Shown here: piece after piece, positions 27,083 through 37,526 of the stretch
How positions within the stretch are numbered: the first letter of the stretch is position 1
Layout of the letters: the number at the start of each line of letters is the position of its first letter
Origin: Chthonomonadaceae bacterium
GTDB lineage: Bacteria; Armatimonadota; Chthonomonadetes; Chthonomonadales; Chthonomonadaceae
Reading direction: 5' to 3'
Length of the DNA stretch: 64,000 nucleotides
Assembly: GCA_035650735.1 (NCBI GenBank)
Contig: DASRGZ010000064.1
Coordinates: forward strand, 1 to 64,000
Notes under the pieces: model-generated
Seen by the model: only the letters and a program-made list of their open reading frames with translations
What the model was told of the DNA's origin: nothing
The model's database searches: none
Translations under genes and position numbers: made by a program

Positions 27083-29272
27083 ATGAACTCGCCCGATGCC
27101 CTCCGTCCTCACGACCGTCAGCGCGAACAGGAACGTCTCTACGCCATTGCTGCCGCTGCCAACGCCGCGCGCGACCTGGATGAGATCCTGCTTCTGATCC
27201 GCAACGCCATTATTGAAGTTAGCGGCTTTGACAGGGTAGGCATCTGGCTAATGGAGAACGAAGTTTTGATCGGGGCCTGGGGCACCGATGAGACCGGCAA
27301 ATTGCGGGATGAGCACAACATTCAGATTCAGCGCAGCGACTTCGTGCCGCCGCTGGAACGGGTATTGACAGGCAACTCACCCTACGCGATCAGCCCGGCG
27401 CAGATGGCGAACGTGCCGGCGTTGGGCCCGACCCTGAGCGCCTTCCAGCCCGGTTTCGGCGTTATCGGCCTGCGCGCCCACGGACAGTTGATGGGGGTTA
27501 TCTTCCTGGACAACCTGCTTTCGGGCCGTCCGCTCACCGCCGCCGATCTGGAAGCGCTGCTGCCCTTTTGCGAGCAGGTCGCCGTCGCCATTGCCAACGC
27601 GCGGCTGTTGGCCGAGCAGCAGCGCCTGGTAGCGCGTCAGCGCCGCCTCTCCCGCCTGGCCGCCGCCATCTCCTCCCGCACCGCGCTCCATGAGATATTG
27701 CGCATGGTGCATGATGCCATTATCGAGGCGGGCGGCTTCGACCGGACGGCGGTCTTCCTCTACGACCGCGAACACAACCTCCTGCGGGGCACCTGGGGCA
27801 CCGACCGCAGTGGCGAGCCTGTGGATATTTCCGAAGTAGAGTTGCCCATTCTGCCCGGAGATACGCGCGCGATGGCGCGGCTGGCGCGTGGTGAGATGGA
27901 CTACTACCTCTCCGCGAACTATACCGCCGAAGTCTCTATACCGCCCGATCACCCGATGTATGGAGTTCATGCGCATGCGATTGTGCCGCTGCGCGTCGGC
28001 ACCCAGATCGTCGGGATGGTCGCCGTGGACAATCTGCTGCGTGACGCGCCCATCACCGCAGAAGACATGGATGGCCTACTTCCCTTTGCCGACCAGGCGG
28101 CGGTCGCCATCCAGAACGCGCAGCTATTCCAGGCGCTCCAGCAGGCGCAGACGGCGCTGCTGCGCTCGGAGAAGCTGCGGGCGGTGGGCGAGCTGGCAAG
28201 CGGCGTCGCCCATAACGTCAACAACGTCCTGGCGGCGGTGCTGGGCTATGCCGAGCTGATCCAGATGACAGAGGGCGCCCCAGCCGAGATCAAGCACTAC
28301 GCCCGCACCATCGAGCGTGCCGCCCTGGACGGCGCCGCGATTGTCCAGCGGCTGCAGCAGTTTGCGCGCAAGGAGACCGAGGCCAACGAAGAGCGTTTCG
28401 ATCTCTCGGTACTGGCCCGCGAAGCCATAGAACTGACGCGCCCCGCCTGGCACAACCAGGCCGCCGGACGCGGCGCCCGGATCGAGGTCCAGGCGGAGCT
28501 ACAGCCGGAGTTGTGGGTCGCCGGCGTTGCTTCGGAGCTAAGGGAGGTCTTCATCAACCTGATCTGCAACGCTGCCGACGCCATGCCGGAGGGCGGCACG
28601 CTGACCGTGCGCAGCTTTGTCGAGCACGGGCTGGCGGTCGTGGCGGTCCAGGATACCGGCGTCGGCATGGATGAGTCCACGCTGCGGCGCGTGTTCGAAC
28701 CGTTCTTTACCACCAAGCCTCCCGGAAGGGGAACCGGATTGGGCCTGTCCGTGGCCTGGGGCATCGTGGACCGGCATCGGGGACGGATCGAGGTCGAGAG
28801 CCAATCAGGGCAGGGAGCGGTCTTTCGCGTCTATCTGCCGCTGACACGGCAGGCCGCTCCCGACTCTGCCGCCGCAGACGACTCGGCTACTCTCTTAAAA
28901 GTCCGTATCCTGCTGGTAGAGGATGAAGAGTTGGTCCTGGACGGGCTGGCCCGCGCACTGGCGGCGCAGGGCGCTACCCTCGGGCTGGCCTCCGACGCCA
29001 GTGAAGCCCTAGAGTGGTTGAAGGCCAATGGCGATACCTGTGACCTGATCCTGAGCGATCACGGCATGGCGGGTCTCACCGGCATGGAGCTGCTAGTCCG
29101 GGTCCGGGAGCGCTGGCCGCATATCCGCCGCGTGCTGCTTTCCGGCTGGGGCGCCCATCTGCCCGGCAAGATGGACACCTCCGCTGCCGAGCTGATACTC
29201 ACCAAGCCCATCCGTCAGAAGGAGATGACGGCAGCGCTGGCGCAGCTGCTCGCCTCATCCCCTGACGCCTGA
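27083..29272 (+). CDS. Hybrid sensor histidine kinase (GAF-GAF-HisKA-HATPase-REC)
   Basis: GVAHNVNN, NLICNAADAM, DTGVGM, FEPFFTTK, GTGLGL, LLVEDE. Confidence 0.92.
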   Translation: MNSPDALRPHDRQREQERLYAIAAAANAARDLDEILLLIRNAIIEVSGFDRVGIWLMENEVLIGAWGTDETGKLRDEHNIQIQRSDFVPPLERVLTGNSPYAISPAQMANVPALGPTLSAFQPGFGVIGLRAHGQLMGVIFLDNLLSGRPLTAADLEALLPFCEQVAVAIANARLLAEQQRLVARQRRLSRLAAAISSRTALHEILRMVHDAIIEAGGFDRTAVFLYDREHNLLRGTWGTDRSGEPVDISEVELPILPGDTRAMARLARGEMDYYLSANYTAEVSIPPDHPMYGVHAHAIVPLRVGTQIVGMVAVDNLLRDAPITAEDMDGLLPFADQAAVAIQNAQLFQALQQAQTALLRSEKLRAVGELASGVAHNVNNVLAAVLGYAELIQMTEGAPAEIKHYARTIERAALDGAAIVQRLQQFARKETEANEERFDLSVLAREAIELTRPAWHNQAAGRGARIEVQAELQPELWVAGVASELREVFINLICNAADAMPEGGTLTVRSFVEHGLAVVAVQDTGVGMDESTLRRVFEPFFTTKPPGRGTGLGLSVAWGIVDRHRGRIEVESQSGQGAVFRVYLPLTRQAAPDSAAADDSATLLKVRILLVEDEELVLDGLARALAAQGATLGLASDASEALEWLKANGDTCDLILSDHGMAGLTGMELLVRVRERWPHIRRVLLSGWGAHLPGKMDTSAAELILTKPIRQKEMTAALAQLLASSPDA

Positions 29273-29489
29273 CCTAACCCCCCGCCCCCCTTCCCTGCTT
29301 CGCCGCTAACGCGGCAGGGAAGGGGGGGACCCGGCTTCCCCGTTTCCCCTCTCCTTGAGAAGGAGAGGGGCCGGGGGTGAGGTCTCTCCCCTCCCCTGTC
29401 CTTGGGGATAGCCAGGCGGAGGCGCGAACCGTTGAGCGCCGGCCCTAGCAGTGGGTTAGGGGTGGGGGCTATAGGGCCGGGGGTGAGGT
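29273..29489. repeat. Composite REP-like cluster with nested structured micro-element (29411-29452)
   Basis: Several CCCCTnnCC/GGnnAGGGG palindromes plus GCCAGGCGGA...CCTAGCAGT. Confidence 0.75.
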
Positions 29490-29496
29490 CAGGCGC

Positions 29497-31119
29497 TCAC
29501 CAGTGAATCCGGCGGCTCTGAACGGGATAGGGCCAGACAGCGAGCGGCGCGACGCTCTGCCGCCATGCCTGACGGCGGTAGGTGGGATAGTCCTCCCCTT
29601 CCGGGGATAGGTCAATGACGGCGTTGCCCTTCCAGGTAACCGTGTAGGGAACGTCTGCGACCGTCTCTTTACGGGTAACGATGGGCGTCGGGAAGGTCAT
29701 CTCCACCTCCGCGCCCGCCTGCAATCCCTCCAGTACGAAATAAGACCCTTCGGCCTGTGCGGGAACGGCCTGTCCGTCCACCTTCAAGCCAACCTCGGCG
29801 GCGTCCATCCCTTCCGGGCATCGCAGCTTGAGACGCCCCGCCCTTTTGAGCCGCACCTGCACACGGCCCGCGTAGGGCAGAGCGCTCCAGACCAGCGCCT
29901 CCTCCGTATCTACCCCAAACAGCATCCGTACCGCGATGGCGCCGTCCGGCTCCAGCCCGACACAGTTGTTGAGCACATGGAAGATGGCCCGCACGCCGCC
30001 GCCTGTGCAGCAGCCCTCCAGATCCGGGCCACTCAGCAGATCGTTGGGTCGCGCCCAGCTTGCAAACGATCCCTTCACGATTCGCTCCAGCCCCGGCTCC
30101 GGGCTGCGCCCGCGCAGTGCCAGGTCCGGGTCACGGAACTGGTTCTCCAGAAGCTGGTTGCGGGCAATGCGCTCCACCTCATACCAGAAATCGCCCTGCC
30201 CCAGGCGGCTGAGGCGAACGGCCAGATGGATCACGTCGCCGATGGCACAGGTCTCGCAGGTCGGCCAGCCAATGCCGTCGGGCACCCAGCCGAACGCGCT
30301 GCAATGAGCCAGGGTGAAGCGCAAAAAACGCTCGCACCGCGCCAGCCGCTCTTTATCTCCGGTCGCCTCAGCGAGCATAGCGGCTCCCACCATTGTCGGC
30401 ACGATGCCCTGGCTGTGGAGGTGGCCGGAGAAGCGGCCCTCCGCATCTACCACGCGCGCAGCGTCCAGGAAGTAGCGCAGGTACCGGCGCACAAAGGGCA
30501 GGACGGCCTCATCCCCGGTCAGTCGGAAGTACTGCATCAGGCCCTCCAACTGCGTGCCGCCGTAGCCCGGCTTGACTGTCCACAGGTCTTTGGGCGCATA
30601 GAACAGCCCGCCTTCGAGCCACTGCCCCTCCCGGTACAGGTTACGCGGATAGAGCACGTAATCTTCCCGCCGCTCGGCGATGCGCATCAGGCCGTGCACT
30701 AGATGGCGCAGCGCCTCCTCAACCTGTGCGTCCCCCGTCTCCATCAGCCAGGAGCACAGGCCGATGAGCACCCGACTCTGGCAGAACATATCCGCCACAT
30801 ACTCCGAATTTTCGCCGGCCTGGTTATAGAACAGCCCATCTGCCGGGTTTTGCAGACGCAGCAGGAAGCGCCGCAGCCCGGCCTCTTCCTCCTCGGCGGA
30901 AAGCCCGGTCAACTGGCGGATGAGGAGGAAGGCATCCACATACCGCCCGGACATATCGCAATAGTCCCACGAATCGTGGATGGCCCGCGCCGGCGGCCCC
31001 AGATCCACCTTGAAATAGGGCTGATAGTCCCGTTCCCGGTCCAGCCGGGCCACGATGCTGTGTAATGCCAGGACGCACGCCTCCTGAAGCGAGGCCGTCT
31101 GTGGTGCCAACTCCGTCAC
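29497..31119 (-). CDS. GH127/GH146-like (beta-L-arabinofuranosidase-type) glycoside hydrolase
   Basis: GTG start with AGGAG RBS; CETC and EGCC Zn/Cys motifs, ERIARNQL. Confidence 0.65.
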   Translation of the reverse strand: MTELAPQTASLQEACVLALHSIVARLDRERDYQPYFKVDLGPPARAIHDSWDYCDMSGRYVDAFLLIRQLTGLSAEEEEAGLRRFLLRLQNPADGLFYNQAGENSEYVADMFCQSRVLIGLCSWLMETGDAQVEEALRHLVHGLMRIAERREDYVLYPRNLYREGQWLEGGLFYAPKDLWTVKPGYGGTQLEGLMQYFRLTGDEAVLPFVRRYLRYFLDAARVVDAEGRFSGHLHSQGIVPTMVGAAMLAEATGDKERLARCERFLRFTLAHCSAFGWVPDGIGWPTCETCAIGDVIHLAVRLSRLGQGDFWYEVERIARNQLLENQFRDPDLALRGRSPEPGLERIVKGSFASWARPNDLLSGPDLEGCCTGGGVRAIFHVLNNCVGLEPDGAIAVRMLFGVDTEEALVWSALPYAGRVQVRLKRAGRLKLRCPEGMDAAEVGLKVDGQAVPAQAEGSYFVLEGLQAGAEVEMTFPTPIVTRKETVADVPYTVTWKGNAVIDLSPEGEDYPTYRRQAWRQSVAPLAVWPYPVQSRRIHW

Positions 31120-31296
31120 GCTTCTCTCCTGAGAATGGGATACGCCATCATAGCATGCCGAGCGTCCTCCTGTCCAGCAAGCCCTCACTCCCTGCGGCGG
31201 CAGTCCATGAGGCAGGATAGCCGTAGCGCGATAGCGAAATAAGAATGAGTTACCCATCTGGTTTTCGCGCGCACTTTGCGTCAAGGAGATAACACA

Positions 31297-32394
31297 ATGA
31301 GCGTGACCACGCTGGATACGCTGCCAAAGACAATGCGTGCGGTGCGCTGCCACGCGCCGGAAGACTATCGGCTCGAAGAGATTCCTACTCCCACGCCCGG
31401 CCCCGGTGAGGTCGTCATTAAGCTGGACGCCTGCGGCGTCTGCGCCTCCGATGTCAAGTGCTTCATAGGCGCGCCGCTCTTCTGGGGAGACGAGCACCGC
31501 AAGGGCTATGTCCAGGCCCCCGTCACCGCCGGACATGAGCTGATCGGCACCGTCGTGGCCCTGGGCGAAGGCGCGCGGGAGAAATACGGCCTGGAGTTGG
31601 GCAACCGCGCCATCTCCGAGCAGATCGTCCCCTGCGGCGCCTGCCGCTACTGCGCCACCGGCAAATACTGGCTCTGCGCCGTCCATGACATCTACGGGTT
31701 CCATACCTATACGCAGGGCGGCATGGCCGACTACATGCTATTTCCTGCGCGCGCCCTCAACTACAAAGTCCCCGCCGACCTGCCCATCGAGAAGGCGGCG
31801 CTCATTGAGCCGCTCGCCTGCTCCATGCACGCTGTCGAGCGCGCGCAGATCGAATTCGGCGATGTGGCTGTGATCGCTGGCTGCGGCACGCTCGGCCTGG
31901 GCATGGTCGCCTGTGCCCGCCTGAAAAACCCCGGCGTGCTCGTGGCTGTGGACATGAACGACAGGCGCCTGGAATTGGCCCGTCGGCTCGGCGCGGACGC
32001 GACCCTCAATCCCGGCAAAAGTGACGTGGTGCAGGCCATCCGCGACATGACCGAAGGCTATGGCTGCGACGTCTATATCGAAGCGACAGGCCATCCTGCC
32101 GCCGTCAACCAGGGCCTCCATGCCATCCGCAAGGGCGGCAACTTCGTGGAGTTCTCGGTCATGAAGGAGCCGACCACCAGCGACTGGACGATTATCGGCG
32201 ATACGAAGGAGTTGAACATCTACGGCGCGCACCTCGGCCCCGGCTGCTACCCGAAGGTGATTGATTACCTGCATCGTGGCCTGCTCAACGTGGATGGCAT
32301 CGTTACTCACCAGCTCCCGCTGGAGCGGTACCTGGATGGCATCAAGATGGTCTACTCCGGCCTCGATTCCATCAAGGTGCTGCTGCGCCCCTGA
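31297..32394 (+). CDS. Zn-dependent polyol dehydrogenase (erythritol/L-threitol dehydrogenase-like)
   Basis: CASDVKC, GHE, CxxCxxC, GCGTLG, DWTIIGDTKEL, GAHLGP. Confidence 0.88.
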   Translation: MSVTTLDTLPKTMRAVRCHAPEDYRLEEIPTPTPGPGEVVIKLDACGVCASDVKCFIGAPLFWGDEHRKGYVQAPVTAGHELIGTVVALGEGAREKYGLELGNRAISEQIVPCGACRYCATGKYWLCAVHDIYGFHTYTQGGMADYMLFPARALNYKVPADLPIEKAALIEPLACSMHAVERAQIEFGDVAVIAGCGTLGLGMVACARLKNPGVLVAVDMNDRRLELARRLGADATLNPGKSDVVQAIRDMTEGYGCDVYIEATGHPAAVNQGLHAIRKGGNFVEFSVMKEPTTSDWTIIGDTKELNIYGAHLGPGCYPKVIDYLHRGLLNVDGIVTHQLPLERYLDGIKMVYSGLDSIKVLLRP

Positions 32395-32444
32395 ATCCCC
32401 TAATCCCCGGTCCCAATAGAAGAGAGAAAAGGAGAATAGCGTAG

Positions 32445-33611
32445 ATGCGTGTTTGTGGCAAACTCTGTGAAACGGGCGAGGTGGTGACGCTTACCCTCGC
32501 CGAGGGCCGGATCGCCGGCATGCGCGCGGGAGCGGAGGGCGCGGACCTCGGCGGGCCGGATGTGTGGCTCTCGCCCGGCTTTTTGGACCTCCAGGTCAAT
32601 GGCTACGGCGGCTACGATTTCAATATCGGCGCCTGGACCGATCCTTCGGTGATCACCGATAACCTGACGCCGATGTTTGAGAAGATCGCCCGCTCTGGGA
32701 CGGCGCTTGTGTGCCCGACCATCTGCACCGATAGCCGGGAATCTATCCTCGCCGGGCTTTCCGGGCTGGCGCGCGCCCTCGATAGGGAGCGGCGGCTGGC
32801 CCGGAGGGTGCCTGCCATCCATCTGGAAGGCCCCTATATCTCCTCCGAAGAGGGGCCGGTCGGAGCGCACCCGCCGCAGCACGTTCGCCCGCCGGATTGG
32901 GACGAGTTCCAGCGGTTTCAAGAGGCTGCCGGGGGACTTATTAAAATCTGTACGCTCGCCCCGGAGTTGCCGGGCGCGCTGGAGTTCATCGAGAAGCTGG
33001 CTGCCTCCGGCGTGGTTGCCGCCCTTGGGCATACCGGTGCGTCCCCGGAAACCATTCGCGAGGCTGTACTGGCAGGAGCGCGGCTGTCCACCCACCTGGG
33101 CAACGGCGCGCACGCTCAGATCCGCCGCCACCCCAACTACATCTGGGAGCAACTGGCCCATGATGACCTCTATGCCAGTATCATCGCCGACGGACATCAC
33201 CTGCCGGCCTCGGTGGTCAAATCCTTCGCGCGCGTCAAGGGGCCGGAGAAACTAGCCCTGGTGAGTGATGCTGTCTCCCTGGGCGGATTGGCGCCGGGTC
33301 TCTATAGCAACGATCGCTTTGAGGTCCTGCCCTCCGGTAAGGTGGTGCTGGCCGGCACCCCCTACCTGGCCGGGGCCGGTCACCTGCTGGATACCTGCAT
33401 CGCGAACGCCCTGCGGTTCACCGATCTTTCCCTGGCGCAGGTCACGCGCAGCGCCAGCGCGATCCCGGCGCGCATTCTGGGGCTGGAAGCGCGCAAGGGC
33501 CATCTCCAGGTCGGCTATGATGCGGACATCACGCTCTTCCGCGTGCCGGAGGCGGGGCCGCTGGAGATCGGGGCGACCCTGTGCGCAGGGGAGACGATCT
33601 TCGCGGCCTAG
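32445..33611 (+). CDS. nagA: N-acetylglucosamine-6-phosphate deacetylase-like amidohydrolase
   Basis: PGFLDLQVNG, HLEGP, TLAPE, GHT, THLGN, IADGHH, VSD. Confidence 0.8.
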   Translation: MRVCGKLCETGEVVTLTLAEGRIAGMRAGAEGADLGGPDVWLSPGFLDLQVNGYGGYDFNIGAWTDPSVITDNLTPMFEKIARSGTALVCPTICTDSRESILAGLSGLARALDRERRLARRVPAIHLEGPYISSEEGPVGAHPPQHVRPPDWDEFQRFQEAAGGLIKICTLAPELPGALEFIEKLAASGVVAALGHTGASPETIREAVLAGARLSTHLGNGAHAQIRRHPNYIWEQLAHDDLYASIIADGHHLPASVVKSFARVKGPEKLALVSDAVSLGGLAPGLYSNDRFEVLPSGKVVLAGTPYLAGAGHLLDTCIANALRFTDLSLAQVTRSASAIPARILGLEARKGHLQVGYDADITLFRVPEAGPLEIGATLCAGETIFAA

Positions 33612-33642
33612 GACGCTCTCTCAAAGGAAACAGGAGGCGCGC

Positions 33643-34671
33643 ATGAGTGAGGAGCTACGCGTTGGATTGCTGGGCTGCGGCCTGATCGGGCAGACGCACC
33701 TGAAGGTCTGGGCGCAGACCCCCGGAGCCCGCGTCGTCTCGGTCTACGATAGAAACCCGGCACGAGCCTGCCAGGTGGCAGAGCAGACGGGCGCACATGG
33801 CTATGCCAGCCTGGAGGCCCTGCTCGACGCCGGGGGCCTGGACGCCGTGGACATCTGCACGCCCTCCGGTCTGCACGCCGATCAGGGCCTGGCAGCGGCG
33901 CGGCGCGGCCTGCACGTCCTCTGCGAGAAGCCGCTGGATCTCAATCTGGAGAAGGCGGACCAGCTCATCGCCGAGTGCGAGGCGCGCGGCCTGACGCTAG
34001 CCTGTATCTTCCAGCAGCGGGTCTATCGGGGCGCGCAGCAGGTAGCCCGCCTGATCGCGGAAGAGCGCATGGGCCGCCTCCTCTCGGCCAGCGCCTATGT
34101 CAAATGGTGGCGGTCGCAGGACTACTACAGTAAAAGCGGCTGGCATGGCACCTGGGCGCTGGATGGCGGCGTGCTGGCGAACCAGGCCATCCACTCTATT
34201 GACTTCCTCTGCTGGCTGGCCGGGCCGGTCGAAGAGGTCGAATACGCCCACCTGGAAACTGCGGCCCACATGATGGAGGCTGAGGACTACGCCCTTGCCG
34301 TCCTCCGCTTTGCCAACGGCGCGCGCGGCGTGATCGAGGCGACGACCTGCTGCTCGCCCGACCTGTGCTCCCGCGTCGAGATTTTCGGAACGCGCGGCTC
34401 GGTCGCCTTTGACGATGCCAGCGTCGTTCAGTTCGGGCTGGACGGGCAGGACCGGCAGGCCTCCATCGAGCAAGATGGCGAGGACCTGGGAGGCCGCTCC
34501 GACCCAAAAGCGATCAGCCTGTACGGCCATGAGGTGCTGCTGGCCGATTTCGTCGAGGCTGTGCGCACGGGCCGCAAACCGCTGGTGAGCGGGCAGGAGG
34601 CGCGCGTCTCGGTCGAGGCCATCCACAAAATCTACCACAAAGCGTTTCCCAACCGGAGGTTGGGCGTCTGA
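33643..34671 (+). CDS. Gfo/Idh/MocA family oxidoreductase
   Basis: GCGLIG, TPSGLH, HVLCEKP, GGVLANQAIHSID; AGGAGG RBS. Confidence 0.92.
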   Translation: MSEELRVGLLGCGLIGQTHLKVWAQTPGARVVSVYDRNPARACQVAEQTGAHGYASLEALLDAGGLDAVDICTPSGLHADQGLAAARRGLHVLCEKPLDLNLEKADQLIAECEARGLTLACIFQQRVYRGAQQVARLIAEERMGRLLSASAYVKWWRSQDYYSKSGWHGTWALDGGVLANQAIHSIDFLCWLAGPVEEVEYAHLETAAHMMEAEDYALAVLRFANGARGVIEATTCCSPDLCSRVEIFGTRGSVAFDDASVVQFGLDGQDRQASIEQDGEDLGGRSDPKAISLYGHEVLLADFVEAVRTGRKPLVSGQEARVSVEAIHKIYHKAFPNRRLGV

Positions 34672-34774
34672 AGGAGCCAGGGCCATCACAGACAGCGCTT
34701 TTCCTTCCCTTGAATCAAGCGATCCTACCTGCGAGGGGAGGAAGAAGCGAGGGCCCTGCGGAAGGAGCGTAACG

Positions 34775-35647
34775 ATGCGGCTTGCCATAATTACCGACGA
34801 GATCAGCCAGGAATTCGAGCACGCGCTGGATGTGATGGACGAATATGGCGTGAAGGGAGCCGAACTGCGCGGGTTATGGGGCACCAACATCGCCGACCTA
34901 TCCGACGAGCAGGCGGCGCGCGCCCAGCAAGCCCTGAGCGACCGCCAGATGCAGGTCGTTGGCCTGGCCACGCCCTTCTATAAGTGCCCACTGGAGGCCG
35001 GTGCGGTCAACCCGGGAGAAGCCGCAGGAGACATGCATCTAGCCAAGCCGCGCGGGCTGGAAGAACAGATGGAGATACTCAGGCGCTGCATCGCGCTGGC
35101 CCATCGGCTCGATACGAAGCTGCTGCGCGTCTTTGCGTTCTGGCGGCAGGGAGAGCTAACCCCGGAGATAGCCGCACGCATCGCCGCAGCCTTTGCCGAG
35201 CCGGTTGCGCTTGCGGCCAGGGAGGGCGTGACGCTGGTGCTGGAAAACGAGCCCTCCTGCTGCGTCGGCACGGGCCGGGAGGCCGCCGAGATCGCCCAAC
35301 GGATCGATTCCCCGCATTTCAGAATCTGCTGGGACCCCGGCAATGCCTTCTATGCCGGCGAGCGGCCCTATCCCGAAGGGTATGCCGCCGTCGCTCCCTG
35401 GCTGGGCCATGTCCATCTCAAGGATGTGCAGCGGGTAGATACGCCCTCTAAAGGGCTGGAACCGCAGTGCTGCCTCTTCGGCACCGGAGAAATTGACTAT
35501 CACGGCCAGTTGGCGGCCCTGAAACGAGACGGCTATGCGGGCTTTCTCTCCCTTGAGCCGCAATACGTTCCTGAAACCGACGGCGGCACGCCAGAGGAGG
35601 GTTCCCGGCAGTGCCTTGCCGCCGTTCAAAGGTTTCTTGCCGATTAG
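34775..35647 (+). CDS. Sugar phosphate isomerase/epimerase
   Basis: ITDEISQ, LENE, WDPGN, HVHLKD, GFLSLE. Confidence 0.9.
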   Translation: MRLAIITDEISQEFEHALDVMDEYGVKGAELRGLWGTNIADLSDEQAARAQQALSDRQMQVVGLATPFYKCPLEAGAVNPGEAAGDMHLAKPRGLEEQMEILRRCIALAHRLDTKLLRVFAFWRQGELTPEIAARIAAAFAEPVALAAREGVTLVLENEPSCCVGTGREAAEIAQRIDSPHFRICWDPGNAFYAGERPYPEGYAAVAPWLGHVHLKDVQRVDTPSKGLEPQCCLFGTGEIDYHGQLAALKRDGYAGFLSLEPQYVPETDGGTPEEGSRQCLAAVQRFLAD

Positions 35648-35808
35648 CCATCTCACGATAGAAAGAGAACGCCCGGAGATGCCTCCGAGAGGTATAATTA
35701 GGTATCCGGACACCGAACATGCCCGGCATAGCTGGTAAATGCTCCACCGTAATTTACTGCAAACGCCCTTACCGGGCAGAGCGGCCAGGGTGGATTGGAG
35801 GAGTTTGG

Positions 35809-36657
35809 GTGGCCAAACGACGCTACGATTGGGCGATTCACCTCGTTCTTATAACACTTTCGGCGGTGTTCGTGTTTCCGCTGCTATGGATGATCTCCAC
35901 GTCGCTCAAGCCGATCTCGGAGACGATGCGCCTGCCGCCGGTCTGGATTCCCTCTCATATCCAGTGGCACAACTACAAAGACGCTTTCATGTATGAAAGC
36001 AAGCAGTTGGGCTATATTCCGTTTCTGGTCTACGGGCGCAACACGCTGATCCTGTGCATTCTGACGGTGGCGGGGGCGGTCTTCTCGAACGCGCTGGTGG
36101 CCTATGCGTTTGCGCGCCTGCGCTGGCCGGGGCGCGACCTGGTATTTGCCATCACGCTGGCGACCATGATGGTGCCCTTCCCGGTGATCATGGTGCCGAT
36201 CTACGCCTTATTCCGCAGCCTGGGCTGGATCGGCACGTTCCGGCCTCTCTGGATTCCGGCGTGGTTTGGCAGCGCGTTCTTCATCTTTCTGCTGCGCCAG
36301 TTCTTCCGCACCATTCCCTTTGAGCTCTCGGATGCGGCCCGCGTGGACGGCTGCTCGGAGTGGGGCATCTTCCGGCAGGTCATCTTGCCGCTCTCCAAGC
36401 CGGCGCTGGCGGTGGTGGCGCTGTTCACCTTCATGGGCACCTGGAACGACTTCCTCGGCCCGTTGATCTACCTGATGGATCAGCGCACGTTCACGCTGTC
36501 GCTGGGCTTGCAGTTCTACCAGAGCCAGCACGGCGGCACGCAGTGGAACTTGCTCATGGCCGCCTCGACCATTGTGGTGGCCCCGGTGCTGATCCTCTTC
36601 TTCTTCACGCAGAAGCAGTTCATCCAGGGCATCGCGGTCTCCGGCTTGAAGGGGTAG
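35809..36657 (+). CDS. Carbohydrate ABC transporter permease
   Basis: FLLRQFF, DAARVDG (EAA-type motif), WNDFLGPLIY. Confidence 0.93.
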   Translation: MAKRRYDWAIHLVLITLSAVFVFPLLWMISTSLKPISETMRLPPVWIPSHIQWHNYKDAFMYESKQLGYIPFLVYGRNTLILCILTVAGAVFSNALVAYAFARLRWPGRDLVFAITLATMMVPFPVIMVPIYALFRSLGWIGTFRPLWIPAWFGSAFFIFLLRQFFRTIPFELSDAARVDGCSEWGIFRQVILPLSKPALAVVALFTFMGTWNDFLGPLIYLMDQRTFTLSLGLQFYQSQHGGTQWNLLMAASTIVVAPVLILFFFTQKQFIQGIAVSGLKG

Positions 36658-36801
36658 CGCGTTCGCGTCAAGAGAGTCTGCTATAGGATATTTATCCCGG
36701 ATCGGTGGCGGCCTTGACGGGCAGTTCCATCCGTTCGCGCTTGATCCGGGCCAAAATTTGGGAGTAGAGTAACCCCGATCTATCGCTCGGAAAGGCAGGT
36801 T

Positions 36802-37380
36802 ATGACCGAACAACTCTGGGCGCCCTGGCGGCTCAAATATATCGAATCGGCGCACAAGGCAGAGGGCTGCATCTTCTGCGACTATCCGGCGCAGGGCGAG
36901 GAGCAGGACGCGGAAAGCCTTCTGGTCTACCGCGGGCCGCACGCCTTTATCATGCTCAATGCCTATCCCTACAGCAACGGCCACCTGATGGTCGTGCCCT
37001 ACCGGCATACCTCCCGTTTCACTGACTACACAGATGCGGAGATGCTGGACGTGATGCACCAGATCCGCCTGGGCATCGCCCTGCTGACGACGGCGTTCCA
37101 TCCGGATGGGTTTAACCTGGGCGTCAACATGGGGCGCGTGGCCGGGGCCGGCATCGCGGATCACCTGCACTGGCATATCGTCCCGCGTTGGAATGGGGAC
37201 ACGAACTTCATGCCGGTGCTGGCCGATGTGCGCGTTATCCCCGAGAGCCTGAAGAGTACCTTCGAGCGGCTGCGCGCGGTGCTGCCCGCCGCGCTGGAAC
37301 AGACCTGTCCCGAGAACGGCAGCCACTCATCGGCAGGGGGGCTGGAACAAACCGGAGCCGCAAACAGTAAAAGAGGCTGA
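36802..37380 (+). CDS. HIT family nucleotide hydrolase (Ap4A phosphorylase-like)
   Basis: LWAPWR, CIFC, GHLMVVPYRH, HLHWHIVPRW. Confidence 0.92.
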   Translation: MTEQLWAPWRLKYIESAHKAEGCIFCDYPAQGEEQDAESLLVYRGPHAFIMLNAYPYSNGHLMVVPYRHTSRFTDYTDAEMLDVMHQIRLGIALLTTAFHPDGFNLGVNMGRVAGAGIADHLHWHIVPRWNGDTNFMPVLADVRVIPESLKSTFERLRAVLPAALEQTCPENGSHSSAGGLEQTGAANSKRG

Positions 37381-37428
37381 GTCGGCAGGAATGCGAATGC
37401 ATGGGCGCACGCAGGCCATTTCCCGGGT

Positions 37429-37526
37429 GTTGCGCCTTCATTCTATTCGGGCCCCCACGCGCTGGAGGAAGGGGAAGACTCTGTCGAAACCGCCAAGTTG
37501 CGCCTTCATTCTATTCGGGCCCCCAC
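37429..37526. repeat. Two perfect 30-bp direct repeats with a 38-bp spacer (CRISPR-like geometry, no cas genes)
   Basis: GTTGCGCCTTCATTCTATTCGGGCCCCCAC at 37429-37458 and 37497-37526. Confidence 0.75.

Noticed and set aside
37429..37526. Calling a bona fide CRISPR array
   Set aside because: Only two repeats, no leader or cas genes in the window; kept as a repeat and a finding
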